DNA of 41,085 nucleotides from an uncultured bacterium (GTDB taxonomy: Bacteria; Fidelibacterota; Marinisomatia; Marinisomatales; Marinisomataceae), in contig CAZSGU010000001.1 of the NCBI GenBank assembly GCA_964606555.1, positions 23,139-64,223 on the forward strand, written 5' to 3'. The notes under the pieces were generated by a model. It was not told the DNA's origin. It ran no database searches and saw only the letters and a list, made by a program, of their open reading frames with translations. The position numbers and the translations under genes were made by a program. This document shows, one piece after another, positions 26,919 to 36,208 of the stretch. Each line of letters starts with the position of its first letter. Positions within the stretch are counted from its first letter, which is position 1.

Positions 26919-26921
26919 GTT

Positions 26922-26950
26922 TTGCTTCATTTGACGAATAGGATTAATAT
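26922..26950 (+). promoter_or_regulatory. Putative promoter of the etfBA-fadF-like operon
   Basis: TTGCTT-17-TAATAT about 42 nt upstream of the etfB ATG. Confidence 0.45.
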
Positions 26951-26992
26951 TGATTAATAGACTGATGAGTCGGTTTTTTTAAGAGAAGTAGT

Positions 26993-27760
26993 ATGAAAAT
27001 AGCTGTATTAACTAAAGCAATTCCAAGTTATGAATCAAGCATTCGAATTGATTCATCTGAAAGATGGATTGATGAATCAGTCGTCAATTTTGTCGTTAAT
27101 GAAAGTGATTCTTATGCTTTAGAAGAAGCTCTTCAAATCAAAGAACAATTGAATGATAATAGTGAAGTTGTAGTAGTAATAATGGGGAGCGAATCCAACA
27201 CATCAAAAGTATTAAAAGACGGTTTAGCAAAAGGAGCTGATAGAGGAATTTTCATTAAAAGTAATATTTCTGAAACAGATCCTTTATCTATTGCAAAGAT
27301 TTTTTCTGAACAACTTAAAGAAGAATCTTTCGATTTAATTCTATCAGGCCTTCAATCGGATGATTTAGGATCAGGACAAACAGGAGTATTGATTGGAGAA
27401 TTGCTCAATATGTCTACTGCAACTCTTGGGATTGAGACAAAAATGGAAGATGGAAAAATTAAAGTAAAACGTGAATTAGAATCAGGATGGTTTCAATGGG
27501 TTACTTTACCATTTCCTGCTAGTATTTCTATTCAATCTGGTATTAATGAGCCTAGATACCCGTCTTTAAAAGGTATTATGGGAGCAAAACGAAAAGAAGT
27601 GAAATTGGTTGATGCACAATCTATAAGTGACAGTAAACAAAAATTTATTAAGCTTTTCCTTCCAAAAGCTGAAAAAGTTACCGAAAAAATCGAAGGTACG
27701 GTAGATGATATAGTTTCAAGAATGATTGATATACTTAAAAACAATTTGAAGGTTATTTAA
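26993..27760 (+). CDS. etfB: Electron transfer flavoprotein beta subunit
   Basis: YALEEALQIKE, GLAKGAD, GLQSDD..GQTG, RELE and INEPRYPSLKGIM motifs. Confidence 0.96.
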   Translation: MKIAVLTKAIPSYESSIRIDSSERWIDESVVNFVVNESDSYALEEALQIKEQLNDNSEVVVVIMGSESNTSKVLKDGLAKGADRGIFIKSNISETDPLSIAKIFSEQLKEESFDLILSGLQSDDLGSGQTGVLIGELLNMSTATLGIETKMEDGKIKVKRELESGWFQWVTLPFPASISIQSGINEPRYPSLKGIMGAKRKEVKLVDAQSISDSKQKFIKLFLPKAEKVTEKIEGTVDDIVSRMIDILKNNLKVI

Positions 27761-28737
27761 TGGTACTTGTAGTTTTAGAGAATCAAAGAGGCAATATTCA
27801 TGCTTTTAGCCAAGAAGCAATTGCTGCTGGGCAACAATTATCCACCAAACTTGGTTTAGATTTATCTATTTTATGTATAGGTGAGAATGCAAGTGCATTA
27901 AAAGAACAAGCATCCAATTATAAAGTGAAGGATTTAATTTTAGCCGAACATGATTTAATAAATAATTATTCTGCTGATGGATATTCTAAAGCTCTTGCTC
28001 AAGTTATTTCTGAATTATCTCCACAATATGTTTTAATGGGTCATTCTTATATGGTTCGTGATTTTTTACCGAGGGTAAGTGCAAAATCAGACATTCCTTT
28101 TATTAGCGATATTATTTCAGTGAGCTATGATGATAGTCATCCAATTTTTACACGTCAAGTATTTAATGCAAAAATTGCTACAAATGTCCAAGCTAATTCA
28201 AATAGCAATACGATACTTTTAAGTTTTCAATCTGCAGCATTCTCTTCTGACAATATTGAAGCTGGTACTCCGGAAAATCAAATAGATTTTTCTCTTACTC
28301 TAGATACAGATGATATTAGATCTGAAAGCGAACCAGAATTTCAAGAATCTGCTTCTGGTGTAGATTTAACTACTGCTGAATTAATTGTTTCTGTTGGTAG
28401 AGGAATAGATAGTCAAGATAATTTACCAATAATTGAAGCTCTAGCATCAGCGATGGGAGCAGAAATTGCTTCATCACGACCAGTAGTAGATATGGGATGG
28501 TTGCCTCCTTATAGACAAGTTGGTAGTTCTGGTCAAGCTGTTTCTCCAAAGCTTTATCTTTCTGTTGGTATTTCAGGAGCAATTCAACATGTTGTTGGTA
28601 TGAAGGGATCAAAAAATATTATGGCAATCAATAAAGATGAAGAAGCACCTATTTTTGAGATTGCCGATTATGCAGTTATTGGTGATTTAATGGAAATTGT
28701 TCCGAAATTGACAGAAGAAATTCAAAAAAATAAATAA
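27760..28737 (+). CDS. etfA: Electron transfer flavoprotein alpha subunit
   Basis: VSVGRG, SSRPVVD, QVGSSG, GISGAIQH..GM and AINKD.EAPIF motifs. Confidence 0.97.
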   Translation: MVLVVLENQRGNIHAFSQEAIAAGQQLSTKLGLDLSILCIGENASALKEQASNYKVKDLILAEHDLINNYSADGYSKALAQVISELSPQYVLMGHSYMVRDFLPRVSAKSDIPFISDIISVSYDDSHPIFTRQVFNAKIATNVQANSNSNTILLSFQSAAFSSDNIEAGTPENQIDFSLTLDTDDIRSESEPEFQESASGVDLTTAELIVSVGRGIDSQDNLPIIEALASAMGAEIASSRPVVDMGWLPPYRQVGSSGQAVSPKLYLSVGISGAIQHVVGMKGSKNIMAINKDEEAPIFEIADYAVIGDLMEIVPKLTEEIQKNK

Positions 28738-28739
28738 CA

Positions 28740-30590
28740 ATGAAATTTCATATTGTAGAACAAATAGTTTTAACAATTTTTTTATTATCCGGTATATCAT
28801 TTTTTCTTTATCACTTGCTCTTGCGCCTTAGTATAGTTTTAAAAGGAAAACTAGATTTTAGTATTGATGATTTACCAAAACGGTTATTAAGAGTATTCAA
28901 TGAAGTTATTCTTCACAAAAAAGTAGTAAGTGGTAATCGAAAATTTTCTGGATTAATGCATGCATTTGTAATGTATGGGTTTATTTTCTTTGGTTTAATA
29001 ACAATTAATCATTTTATGACAGCATTTGGTGTTGAATTTTTTACTGAAAATCTACGCCACAATTATTTTCTATTTTTTGGTCTACCGTGGGCAATTTTGT
29101 GTTCATTGGGAATTCTTGCACTAGCCTATAGAAGATTTATTACTAAACCTGAAGCATTAGGAAAATTTTCCAGAACTTCTGCAGTGGTTTCATTGTTTAT
29201 TTTTACTTTAATGTTAACTTACCTGATTGATGAGTTTCATTTGCTTAATAATACTATAGCATTGAAGACAAATTGGTGGATTCATTCTTCTGTTATTGGA
29301 GGATTTTTGTTCTTAATTCCTCAATCAAAACATATGCATTTAGTATTATCACCATTTAATATTTTCCTTAGACCTTTTGAAGTACCAGATCATCCAGCAA
29401 TACCAATTGATTTAGAAGCTTCAGAAGAAGAACTAGATGAATTACTGTTAGATTTATCAAAATTAAGCAAAAATCAAGCATTAGATATCTTTACATGTGT
29501 AGAATGCGGTAGGTGTACTGATGTATGTCCAGCAAATCGAGGTGGAGGAATTTTAAATCCAAAGTATCATTTTATTTTAGATTTAAAAGATCCTATGCTT
29601 GAATCCAAAAATAGTAATGTTGTAGACAAGATTAATGTAGAAGCTGGATGGGAATGTACAACATGTCAAGCTTGTACAGAAGTATGTCCAGTAGGAAATC
29701 ATGTAGAAAAAGCAGATGAAATAAGAAGTTTTCAAGTTATGGTTGAAGGAGATGTTCCACAAGAGTATCAAAAGTTACTTCGTAACTTACAAGAGACAGG
29801 CAATACAGAAGGTGCTTCATCAAGTACTCTACTTGAAAAATTACCTGAATATACTCCAGATAAAGAGCTTGTTTTATGGTTAGGTTGTTTTGCAAAGCAT
29901 GCCATGGATCCCAATTTTGTTAAATCAGTTGAAAATTTTACCAAAATTCTTGATTCAGCTGGTATTACATATGGAGTTCTTAGTAATGAACAATGTTCAG
30001 GAGATCCAGCAAACAAATTAGGCGATAAACTTACCTATCAAATGTTGATGGATAACAATGTTGAAGAATTAAATAAAGTGAAAAAAGTTACAACTATGTG
30101 TCCTCACTGTGTTGTGAATTTGCAAAAAGAATATAGTAAATATCATGAGATTAAATATGAGGTTAAACATCATACTCAGGTTATTTCGGAATTATTAGAC
30201 GAAGGGAAAATTAATATTAACCCTGGTAGCTTAGAAAAAGTCACCTATCATGATCCTTGTAATTTGTCTAGAACACTTGATGAAGTAGATGCGCCTAGAA
30301 ATGCTATAAAGGCTGCAGCTCCAGAATTTTTTGAACTAGATGAGAGCGGAAAAGAAACATTATGTTGTGGAGCCGGTGGTGCACTTTGGTGGAAAAAAGA
30401 TACTGGAGAAGGACGAACTCATCTTTTGCGTGCTGAACAGGTAATCGAATCAAAAACTGATACAGTTGTTACAGGATGTAATTTTTGTTATGGAATGATG
30501 AATCAAGGGATTGATCCATTAACGCCAAAAGGACAAGATAAGATAAAAGTAAAAGATGTTGCAGATATTGTAGCAGAAAATATCTCCTAG
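28740..30590 (+). CDS. Membrane (Fe-S)-binding HdrD/FadF-like oxidoreductase, probable ETF:quinone oxidoreductase
   Basis: N-terminal TM region with His residues (MHAF, WWIH, SKHMH), CVECGRCTDVCP and CTTCQACTEVCP, and two CCG domains (YHDPC, CCGAGG); directly after etfBA. Confidence 0.88.
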   Translation: MKFHIVEQIVLTIFLLSGISFFLYHLLLRLSIVLKGKLDFSIDDLPKRLLRVFNEVILHKKVVSGNRKFSGLMHAFVMYGFIFFGLITINHFMTAFGVEFFTENLRHNYFLFFGLPWAILCSLGILALAYRRFITKPEALGKFSRTSAVVSLFIFTLMLTYLIDEFHLLNNTIALKTNWWIHSSVIGGFLFLIPQSKHMHLVLSPFNIFLRPFEVPDHPAIPIDLEASEEELDELLLDLSKLSKNQALDIFTCVECGRCTDVCPANRGGGILNPKYHFILDLKDPMLESKNSNVVDKINVEAGWECTTCQACTEVCPVGNHVEKADEIRSFQVMVEGDVPQEYQKLLRNLQETGNTEGASSSTLLEKLPEYTPDKELVLWLGCFAKHAMDPNFVKSVENFTKILDSAGITYGVLSNEQCSGDPANKLGDKLTYQMLMDNNVEELNKVKKVTTMCPHCVVNLQKEYSKYHEIKYEVKHHTQVISELLDEGKININPGSLEKVTYHDPCNLSRTLDEVDAPRNAIKAAAPEFFELDESGKETLCCGAGGALWWKKDTGEGRTHLLRAEQVIESKTDTVVTGCNFCYGMMNQGIDPLTPKGQDKIKVKDVADIVAENIS

Positions 30591-30634
30591 TTTGGTATAT
30601 AAACATTTTTTCCTTAAATTTTTAAATCAATTTC

Positions 30635-31129
30635 ATGAATAATTTAGATTCATCAATTATAAACAATAAATGTCAGCTTTATGGACTCGTTACTTTGCGA
30701 GTGCTCATTGGTTGGCATTTTTTATACGAAGGTGTTTCAAAAATAATCAATCCATACTGGTCTTCTGCTGCTTATCTGTTGGACTCAAAATGGATTTTTT
30801 CGGGATTAGCTGAAACTATTGCATCTAATCCTACCTTATTGACAATATCAGATTCTGTGAATGAATGGGGATTAACTTTAGTTGGCGTATCTCTCCTTTT
30901 AGGTTTATTTAGTCGTTATACTGCTTTGGTAGGAATGGGATTTGTAATGTTATATTATCTTTTTGCACCTCCTTTTCTTGGGTTGGAATATTCTAGACCC
31001 GGAGAAGGAAGTTATATTATTGTAAATAAAAATTTAATTGAAGCGTGTGCTCTGTGGGTATTGTATGTATTTCCTACTGGTCATATAATTGGTTTGGATC
31101 GATTGTTAGCCAAATTAAAATCAAATTAG
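30635..31129 (+). CDS. DoxX/DoxD family membrane protein
   Basis: LRVLIGWHFLYEGVSKI...GLFSRY...YIIVNKNLIE...GLDR. Confidence 0.85.
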   Translation: MNNLDSSIINNKCQLYGLVTLRVLIGWHFLYEGVSKIINPYWSSAAYLLDSKWIFSGLAETIASNPTLLTISDSVNEWGLTLVGVSLLLGLFSRYTALVGMGFVMLYYLFAPPFLGLEYSRPGEGSYIIVNKNLIEACALWVLYVFPTGHIIGLDRLLAKLKSN

Positions 31130-31141
31130 AGGAAACGTAGC

Positions 31142-32734
31142 ATGAGTGAAAATAAAAAACAGCAAAGCAGTGATCTGGAACGTCGAGACTTATTAAAAGG
31201 ACTTGCAACTGTACCAGTATTTGGTCTGTTTCTTGCTGAGCTTTGGCGAAAAATAAGTAGGGATGCAGAAAAAAAATCAAATATTCTTTCTGGTTTGGTC
31301 CAAGACGATTCAGCACCAGCAATTATCAAAGGCCTTTCAGATAGTAAACATCTGAATATTGGTATTATTGGTTATGGAGGTCGAGGTGGACATTTGGTCC
31401 GTGGTGCAGGATTTGCGACTACAGGGTGGACTGATACTGCAGCTAAAAACGCAAGAGAAAATAAATTAGACAAGCAATTTCAAACGTTCATGGATCAAGA
31501 AGATTTAAATTGCTCACTAGTAGGAGTGTGTGATCTATTTGATGTTCGTGCAGAACAAGGTCTAGATGCTTCTCAGAATGAAGTCCGACCTGGCGGTAAA
31601 CCAAAAAAAACTGCTACAAGATATCGCCACTATAAAGATCTTTTAGCTAATGATGATATTGATGCCGTCATTATTGCTACTCCAGATCATTGGCATTCCC
31701 GAATTACAATTGATGCTGCAAGAGCAGGAAAACATGTTTATTGCGAAAAAGGTTTAACTAGAACATTTGATGAAACAATTGAAGTATACGATGTAGTTAA
31801 AGAAACTGGGATTACATTTCAGCTTGGTCATCAAAATAGACAAGTAGAAGCCAATGAGAAAGCAAGACAAATCGTTCAACAAGGGTTGTTAGGCAAAATA
31901 AATTTAGTAGAGTTAACTACAAACCGTAACTCTCCATGGGGAGCTTGGGTTTGGGGTATTCATCCTAAAGGCAATGCTCAAACAATTGATTGGGATACAT
32001 TCCAAGAGCCAGCACCTAATAAAATACCATTTGGTGAAGAAGCATTGAAACGATTCTTCCGTTGGCGTTGTTGGTTTGATTATGGTACTGGTCTTTCGGG
32101 TGACTTATTATCACATGATTTTGATGCTGTAAATCAAATTATGGATTTGGGAATTCCAAAATATTCATCTTCAACAGGAGGAATTTACTTTTACAAAGAT
32201 GGACGTGATGTTCCAGATGTTTGGAATGCAACTTTTGAATATCCAGATAAAGATTTGACTGTTCTTTATAGTGCATCACTTTCAAGTAATGAACCGCGTG
32301 GAAATCGAATTATGGGCCACGATGCCACTATGCAGATGGGTGGTCAGAGCGGTGGTGGATCTGTGCATGGATTTATCGTAACAGCAGATCCTTATTCAAC
32401 ACAATACAAAGACCGTCTTGAGCAAGGTATTATCAATTCAAAATATCCAATTTATACCTATTCTCCTGGTTCAAAGCAAATTGATGGTGTAACGTCAGCA
32501 ACTTCCAAATACTTTGCAAATAAGGGGCTTCTATATACTTATAGAGAAGGGAAACGAGTTGATGCAACCCACCTTCATATTAAAGACTGGCTAGATTCAA
32601 TTAGAAGCGGAGGACAGCCTAGATGCAATATTGAGGTAGCACTTCATGAAGGTGTTGCTTGTCATATGGCTACAGAATCATATTTGACTGGTCGAAGAAT
32701 TGAATGGGATCCGGTCAATCGAAAATTGATTTAA
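31142..32734 (+). CDS. Tat-exported Gfo/Idh/MocA family NAD(P)-dependent oxidoreductase
   Basis: RRDLLK twin-arginine motif; GIIGYGGRG, IATPDHWH, YCEKG and WRCWFDYGTGLSGDLLSH motifs. Confidence 0.9.
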   Translation: MSENKKQQSSDLERRDLLKGLATVPVFGLFLAELWRKISRDAEKKSNILSGLVQDDSAPAIIKGLSDSKHLNIGIIGYGGRGGHLVRGAGFATTGWTDTAAKNARENKLDKQFQTFMDQEDLNCSLVGVCDLFDVRAEQGLDASQNEVRPGGKPKKTATRYRHYKDLLANDDIDAVIIATPDHWHSRITIDAARAGKHVYCEKGLTRTFDETIEVYDVVKETGITFQLGHQNRQVEANEKARQIVQQGLLGKINLVELTTNRNSPWGAWVWGIHPKGNAQTIDWDTFQEPAPNKIPFGEEALKRFFRWRCWFDYGTGLSGDLLSHDFDAVNQIMDLGIPKYSSSTGGIYFYKDGRDVPDVWNATFEYPDKDLTVLYSASLSSNEPRGNRIMGHDATMQMGGQSGGGSVHGFIVTADPYSTQYKDRLEQGIINSKYPIYTYSPGSKQIDGVTSATSKYFANKGLLYTYREGKRVDATHLHIKDWLDSIRSGGQPRCNIEVALHEGVACHMATESYLTGRRIEWDPVNRKLI

Positions 32735-32756
32735 CCAGCTATCTTAAGGTGAACAA

Positions 32757-33965
32757 ATGACAACAAATTTCCGTTTAGGGACAATGATGTTTCTTCAATT
32801 TTTTGTTTGGGGAGGCTGGTATGTTACTGTCGGAAATTTTATGGTAGCTGAAGGCATGAAAACCATTACACATTGGGCTTATTCAGTGAGTCCCCTTGCA
32901 GCTATTATATCACCATTTTTTCTTGGTTTTATTGCTGATCGCTATTTTAATGCCGAAAAAGTATTAGGAATACTGCATATTTTGAGTGGTTGTTTTCTAC
33001 TGTTAACACCTTTTTTCACATCTAAGCCCATGATATTTATTTTAATGTTAGCTATGCACATGATTTGTTATATGCCAACTTTGGGGCTTGCTAATTCTGT
33101 AGCCTTTCGCCATGTTGATAATCAAGAAAAAAAATTCCCCCTTATCCGTGTTTTTGGAACATTAGGTTGGATTGTTGTTGGTATTTTAGTAAGTAAGATT
33201 TTGAATGCAGATAATGATGCTACTCCATTTTATATTGCTGGGACTGCTGGAATATTTTTGGGTTTTTATAGTTTTAGTTTGCCTAAAACTCCTCCGCTAT
33301 TAAGCAAAGATGCACCTATTTCTTTTAGAGATATTATTGGTTTAAATGCTCTAAATAAACTGAAATCAAAATCATTTTTTGTATTTGCGTTATCCTCTTT
33401 CCTAATTTGTATTCCTTTAGCTGCATATTATAATTTTGCACCTATTTTTGTTTCTGATATGGGAATTGCAAGTCCAGCATTTAAGATGTCATTTGGCCAA
33501 ATGTCTGAAGTCCTTTTTATGTTAATCTTACCATTATTATTTGCTCGGTATGGAGTTAAATATATTCTCTTAGGGGGAATGCTTGCCTGGGCTGTTCGAT
33601 ATGCTCTATTTGCGGTATCTGCACCAACTGGGATTACATCATTGGTCTTTTTAGGCATAATCTTACATGGGATTTGTTATGATTTATTCTTTGTTGCAGG
33701 ACAAATTTATGTTGATAAAAAATCAACAGCTGATATAAGAAGTCAAGCACAAGGATTTCTAGTTTTAATCACCTATGGATTGGGTATGTTTATTGGAGCG
33801 CAAGTTGCAGGTTATATTTATAATTTATTATTAAAAGACCAGACGATATTATCTGTTCAAAGTTGGCAACAGTTTTGGTTGGTTTTTGCTATTATGACCA
33901 CTGTAGTGATTGTATATTTCTTTATTGGATTTAAAGATAAGTTGAATTCTAGAGAGCAATTATAA
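32757..33965 (+). CDS. MFS nucleoside:H+ symporter family permease (NupG/XapB/YegT-like)
   Basis: MMFLQFFVWGGW, FPLIRVFGTLGW, GQMSE, LHGICYD and QAQG motifs. Confidence 0.9.
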   Translation: MTTNFRLGTMMFLQFFVWGGWYVTVGNFMVAEGMKTITHWAYSVSPLAAIISPFFLGFIADRYFNAEKVLGILHILSGCFLLLTPFFTSKPMIFILMLAMHMICYMPTLGLANSVAFRHVDNQEKKFPLIRVFGTLGWIVVGILVSKILNADNDATPFYIAGTAGIFLGFYSFSLPKTPPLLSKDAPISFRDIIGLNALNKLKSKSFFVFALSSFLICIPLAAYYNFAPIFVSDMGIASPAFKMSFGQMSEVLFMLILPLLFARYGVKYILLGGMLAWAVRYALFAVSAPTGITSLVFLGIILHGICYDLFFVAGQIYVDKKSTADIRSQAQGFLVLITYGLGMFIGAQVAGYIYNLLLKDQTILSVQSWQQFWLVFAIMTTVVIVYFFIGFKDKLNSREQL

Positions 33966-33966
33966 A

Positions 33967-35217
33967 ATGGGAAAAAATAGATTAGGTATTGGATTTATTG
34001 GTGGAGGCTTTATCACCCGCTTTCATATTCAATCTCTAGTTGGAGTACGAGATGCAGATGTAGTAGGTGTCATGTCTCGTACAAAAGCATCTGCTGAAGA
34101 ATCAGCTACTCTGGCGAGAACCATTGGTGTAGGCAGTGATGCGAAAGCTTATGATTCCATTACTGATATGATTGCTGATCCTAATATCCATGCTTTGTGG
34201 GTATGTTCTCCAAATTTTGCACGAGTTGAAACATTTGAAGAAATTGCTAGTGCTATTTCATCTGGAAAAGGGGAACTAATCGGAGTGACCTGTGAAAAAC
34301 CTTTAGGTAGAAATGTAGAAGAAGCAAAAAAAGTTTTAGAACTAACCCAAAGTGTAAATCTATTAGATGGATATCTAGAAAATCAGATTTTTTCTCCTTC
34401 CATTACTCGCGGAAAAGAGATTGTTTGGGCTAGAGGTGCAGCAACCACTGGTCGACCTTACTTAGCACGTGCAGCTGAAGAACATAGTGGTCCCCATATG
34501 CCATGGTTTTGGGAAGGATCATTACAAGGTGGTGGTGTTTTAAATGATATGATGTGTCATTCTGTTGAAGAAGCACGTTTTATGTTAACAGAGCCAGGAA
34601 AACCTCGTGATTCGATCACTCCAATCAGTATTAGTGCGCATACGGATTGCCTAAAATGGCAACGTCCTGAATATGTAAAAATCTTATCTGATAACAGTAA
34701 TGGGAAAACTGACTATTCAAAACGTCCATCGGAAGATTTTGCCCGATCATTAATTGAATATCTAGATGAAGATAATAATAAATTAATTGTTGAAACTACC
34801 ACATCCTGGTGTTTTGTAGGTGAAGGGTTGCGTCTCAGCATGGAACTATTTGGGCCAGAATATTCTATGTTTGTTAATACACTGGACCCAGATTTAAAAG
34901 TATTTTTTAGTCGAAAGGTAGCTGGTTCAGAAGGTGAAGATCTTGTTGAAAAACAGAATGCAGAATCTGGTGGAATGCCCGTGGTTAGTAACGAAGCAGA
35001 GGTCTATGGTTATACAGCTGAAAATAGACATATGGTAGAATCCTTTATGAATGGTAAGCGCCCCGAAGAAAATTTTGACGATGGTTTAGAAGTGACTCGA
35101 CTTCTTATGGCTGCTTATATGAGCGCAGAACAAGGAAAAACGATACAACTCCCCAATCCAGATATTGACACATTCACACCTGCTGTAGCACGAGGTGAAT
35201 GGAACCCAAAAAGTTAG
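33967..35217 (+). CDS. Cytoplasmic Gfo/Idh/MocA family oxidoreductase
   Basis: GFIGGGFI, CEKPLG and GGGVLNDMMCH motifs; no signal peptide. Confidence 0.9.
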   Translation: MGKNRLGIGFIGGGFITRFHIQSLVGVRDADVVGVMSRTKASAEESATLARTIGVGSDAKAYDSITDMIADPNIHALWVCSPNFARVETFEEIASAISSGKGELIGVTCEKPLGRNVEEAKKVLELTQSVNLLDGYLENQIFSPSITRGKEIVWARGAATTGRPYLARAAEEHSGPHMPWFWEGSLQGGGVLNDMMCHSVEEARFMLTEPGKPRDSITPISISAHTDCLKWQRPEYVKILSDNSNGKTDYSKRPSEDFARSLIEYLDEDNNKLIVETTTSWCFVGEGLRLSMELFGPEYSMFVNTLDPDLKVFFSRKVAGSEGEDLVEKQNAESGGMPVVSNEAEVYGYTAENRHMVESFMNGKRPEENFDDGLEVTRLLMAAYMSAEQGKTIQLPNPDIDTFTPAVARGEWNPKS

Positions 35218-35221
35218 AATG

Positions 35222-35250
35222 TTGACTATTTATGTTGCTATTCCTAATTT
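35222..35250 (+). promoter_or_regulatory. Putative internal promoter, leaderless transcript of the 35257 ORF
   Basis: TTGACT-17-TAATTT-6-ATG. Confidence 0.6.
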
Positions 35251-35256
35251 GAAAAA

Positions 35257-35550
35257 ATGAATATCAAAAAATTTCTAACACTAATTAAATCAATTAATCT
35301 AAAATGGACTCTCAATACTTTTAATATTCTTTTTTTTATGAGTTCAATGATCATAGTAGCATTATTTGGTTGGTTGCCATTGTTTGTGATTATGCTGCCT
35401 TTTTCTATTTCATATACGATTTATTCTAAATCAATGAATCTCATTTCATCTCTACCTGGATTTGCAATCATTGAGACGGTCTATCTTAAATTGATGTATC
35501 AATTTCCTGCTCTTGAATCTTTTATCAAAAGTGTTCATCCTTTTATTTAA
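35257..35550 (+). CDS. Small hypothetical membrane protein
   Basis: Hydrophobic 97 aa ORF filling the gap, 3 bp from the next gene. Confidence 0.6.
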   Translation: MNIKKFLTLIKSINLKWTLNTFNILFFMSSMIIVALFGWLPLFVIMLPFSISYTIYSKSMNLISSLPGFAIIETVYLKLMYQFPALESFIKSVHPFI

Positions 35551-35553
35551 TCT

Positions 35554-36207
35554 GTGAAAAATCTTAGTATACTTTTAACAGCATTTATTATGGTTGGTTT
35601 TTCATCTAATTCAGAATGGACTGTTCTTTTTGATGGAAAAACTGTTAAAGGCCTCCGAGGATATAAACAATCGGGATTTCCCGACTCATGGGAAGTTGTT
35701 GATGGAACATTAAAAACTGTACCAGGCCATGGTGTAGATTTAATCAGTGAGGAAGTTTATAAAAATTTTGAGTTAGAATTAGAATGGAAAGTACCCAAAG
35801 GAGGTAACAGCGGCATTTTTTATTTTGCAACTGAAGAAGGAAATTATATTTGGCAGTCAGCACCAGAAATGCAGGTTGTAGATGATGAAAAACATACAGA
35901 TGGGAAAAATACACTTACTTCTGCTGGTGCACTGTATGCTTTGATTGCTCCATCCGCCAATGTTGTCAAGCCAGTTGGTGAGTTTAATCAGGTGCGAATC
36001 AAAGTAGAAAATAACCATGTGGAGCATTGGTTAAATGGAACAAAGATTGTCGAATATGTTTATGGTAGTGATATGATGTGGGATCTAGTGGCCAAAAGTA
36101 AATTCAATAAGATGCCTTTATTTGCGAAAGCATCCGAAGGCCATATTGGTTTACAAGGAGATCATGGATTGATATGGTATAAAAATATTCGCATTCGCAG
36201 GCTATAA
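35554..36207 (+). CDS. DUF1080 family 3-keto-glycoside lyase/hydrolase, secreted
   Basis: Signal peptide; LFDGK, NFELELEWK, NSGIFY, PEMQVVD, VEHWLNG, GHIGLQGDHG and WYKNIRIR motifs. Confidence 0.92.
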   Translation: MKNLSILLTAFIMVGFSSNSEWTVLFDGKTVKGLRGYKQSGFPDSWEVVDGTLKTVPGHGVDLISEEVYKNFELELEWKVPKGGNSGIFYFATEEGNYIWQSAPEMQVVDDEKHTDGKNTLTSAGALYALIAPSANVVKPVGEFNQVRIKVENNHVEHWLNGTKIVEYVYGSDMMWDLVAKSKFNKMPLFAKASEGHIGLQGDHGLIWYKNIRIRRL

Positions 36208-36208
36208 A

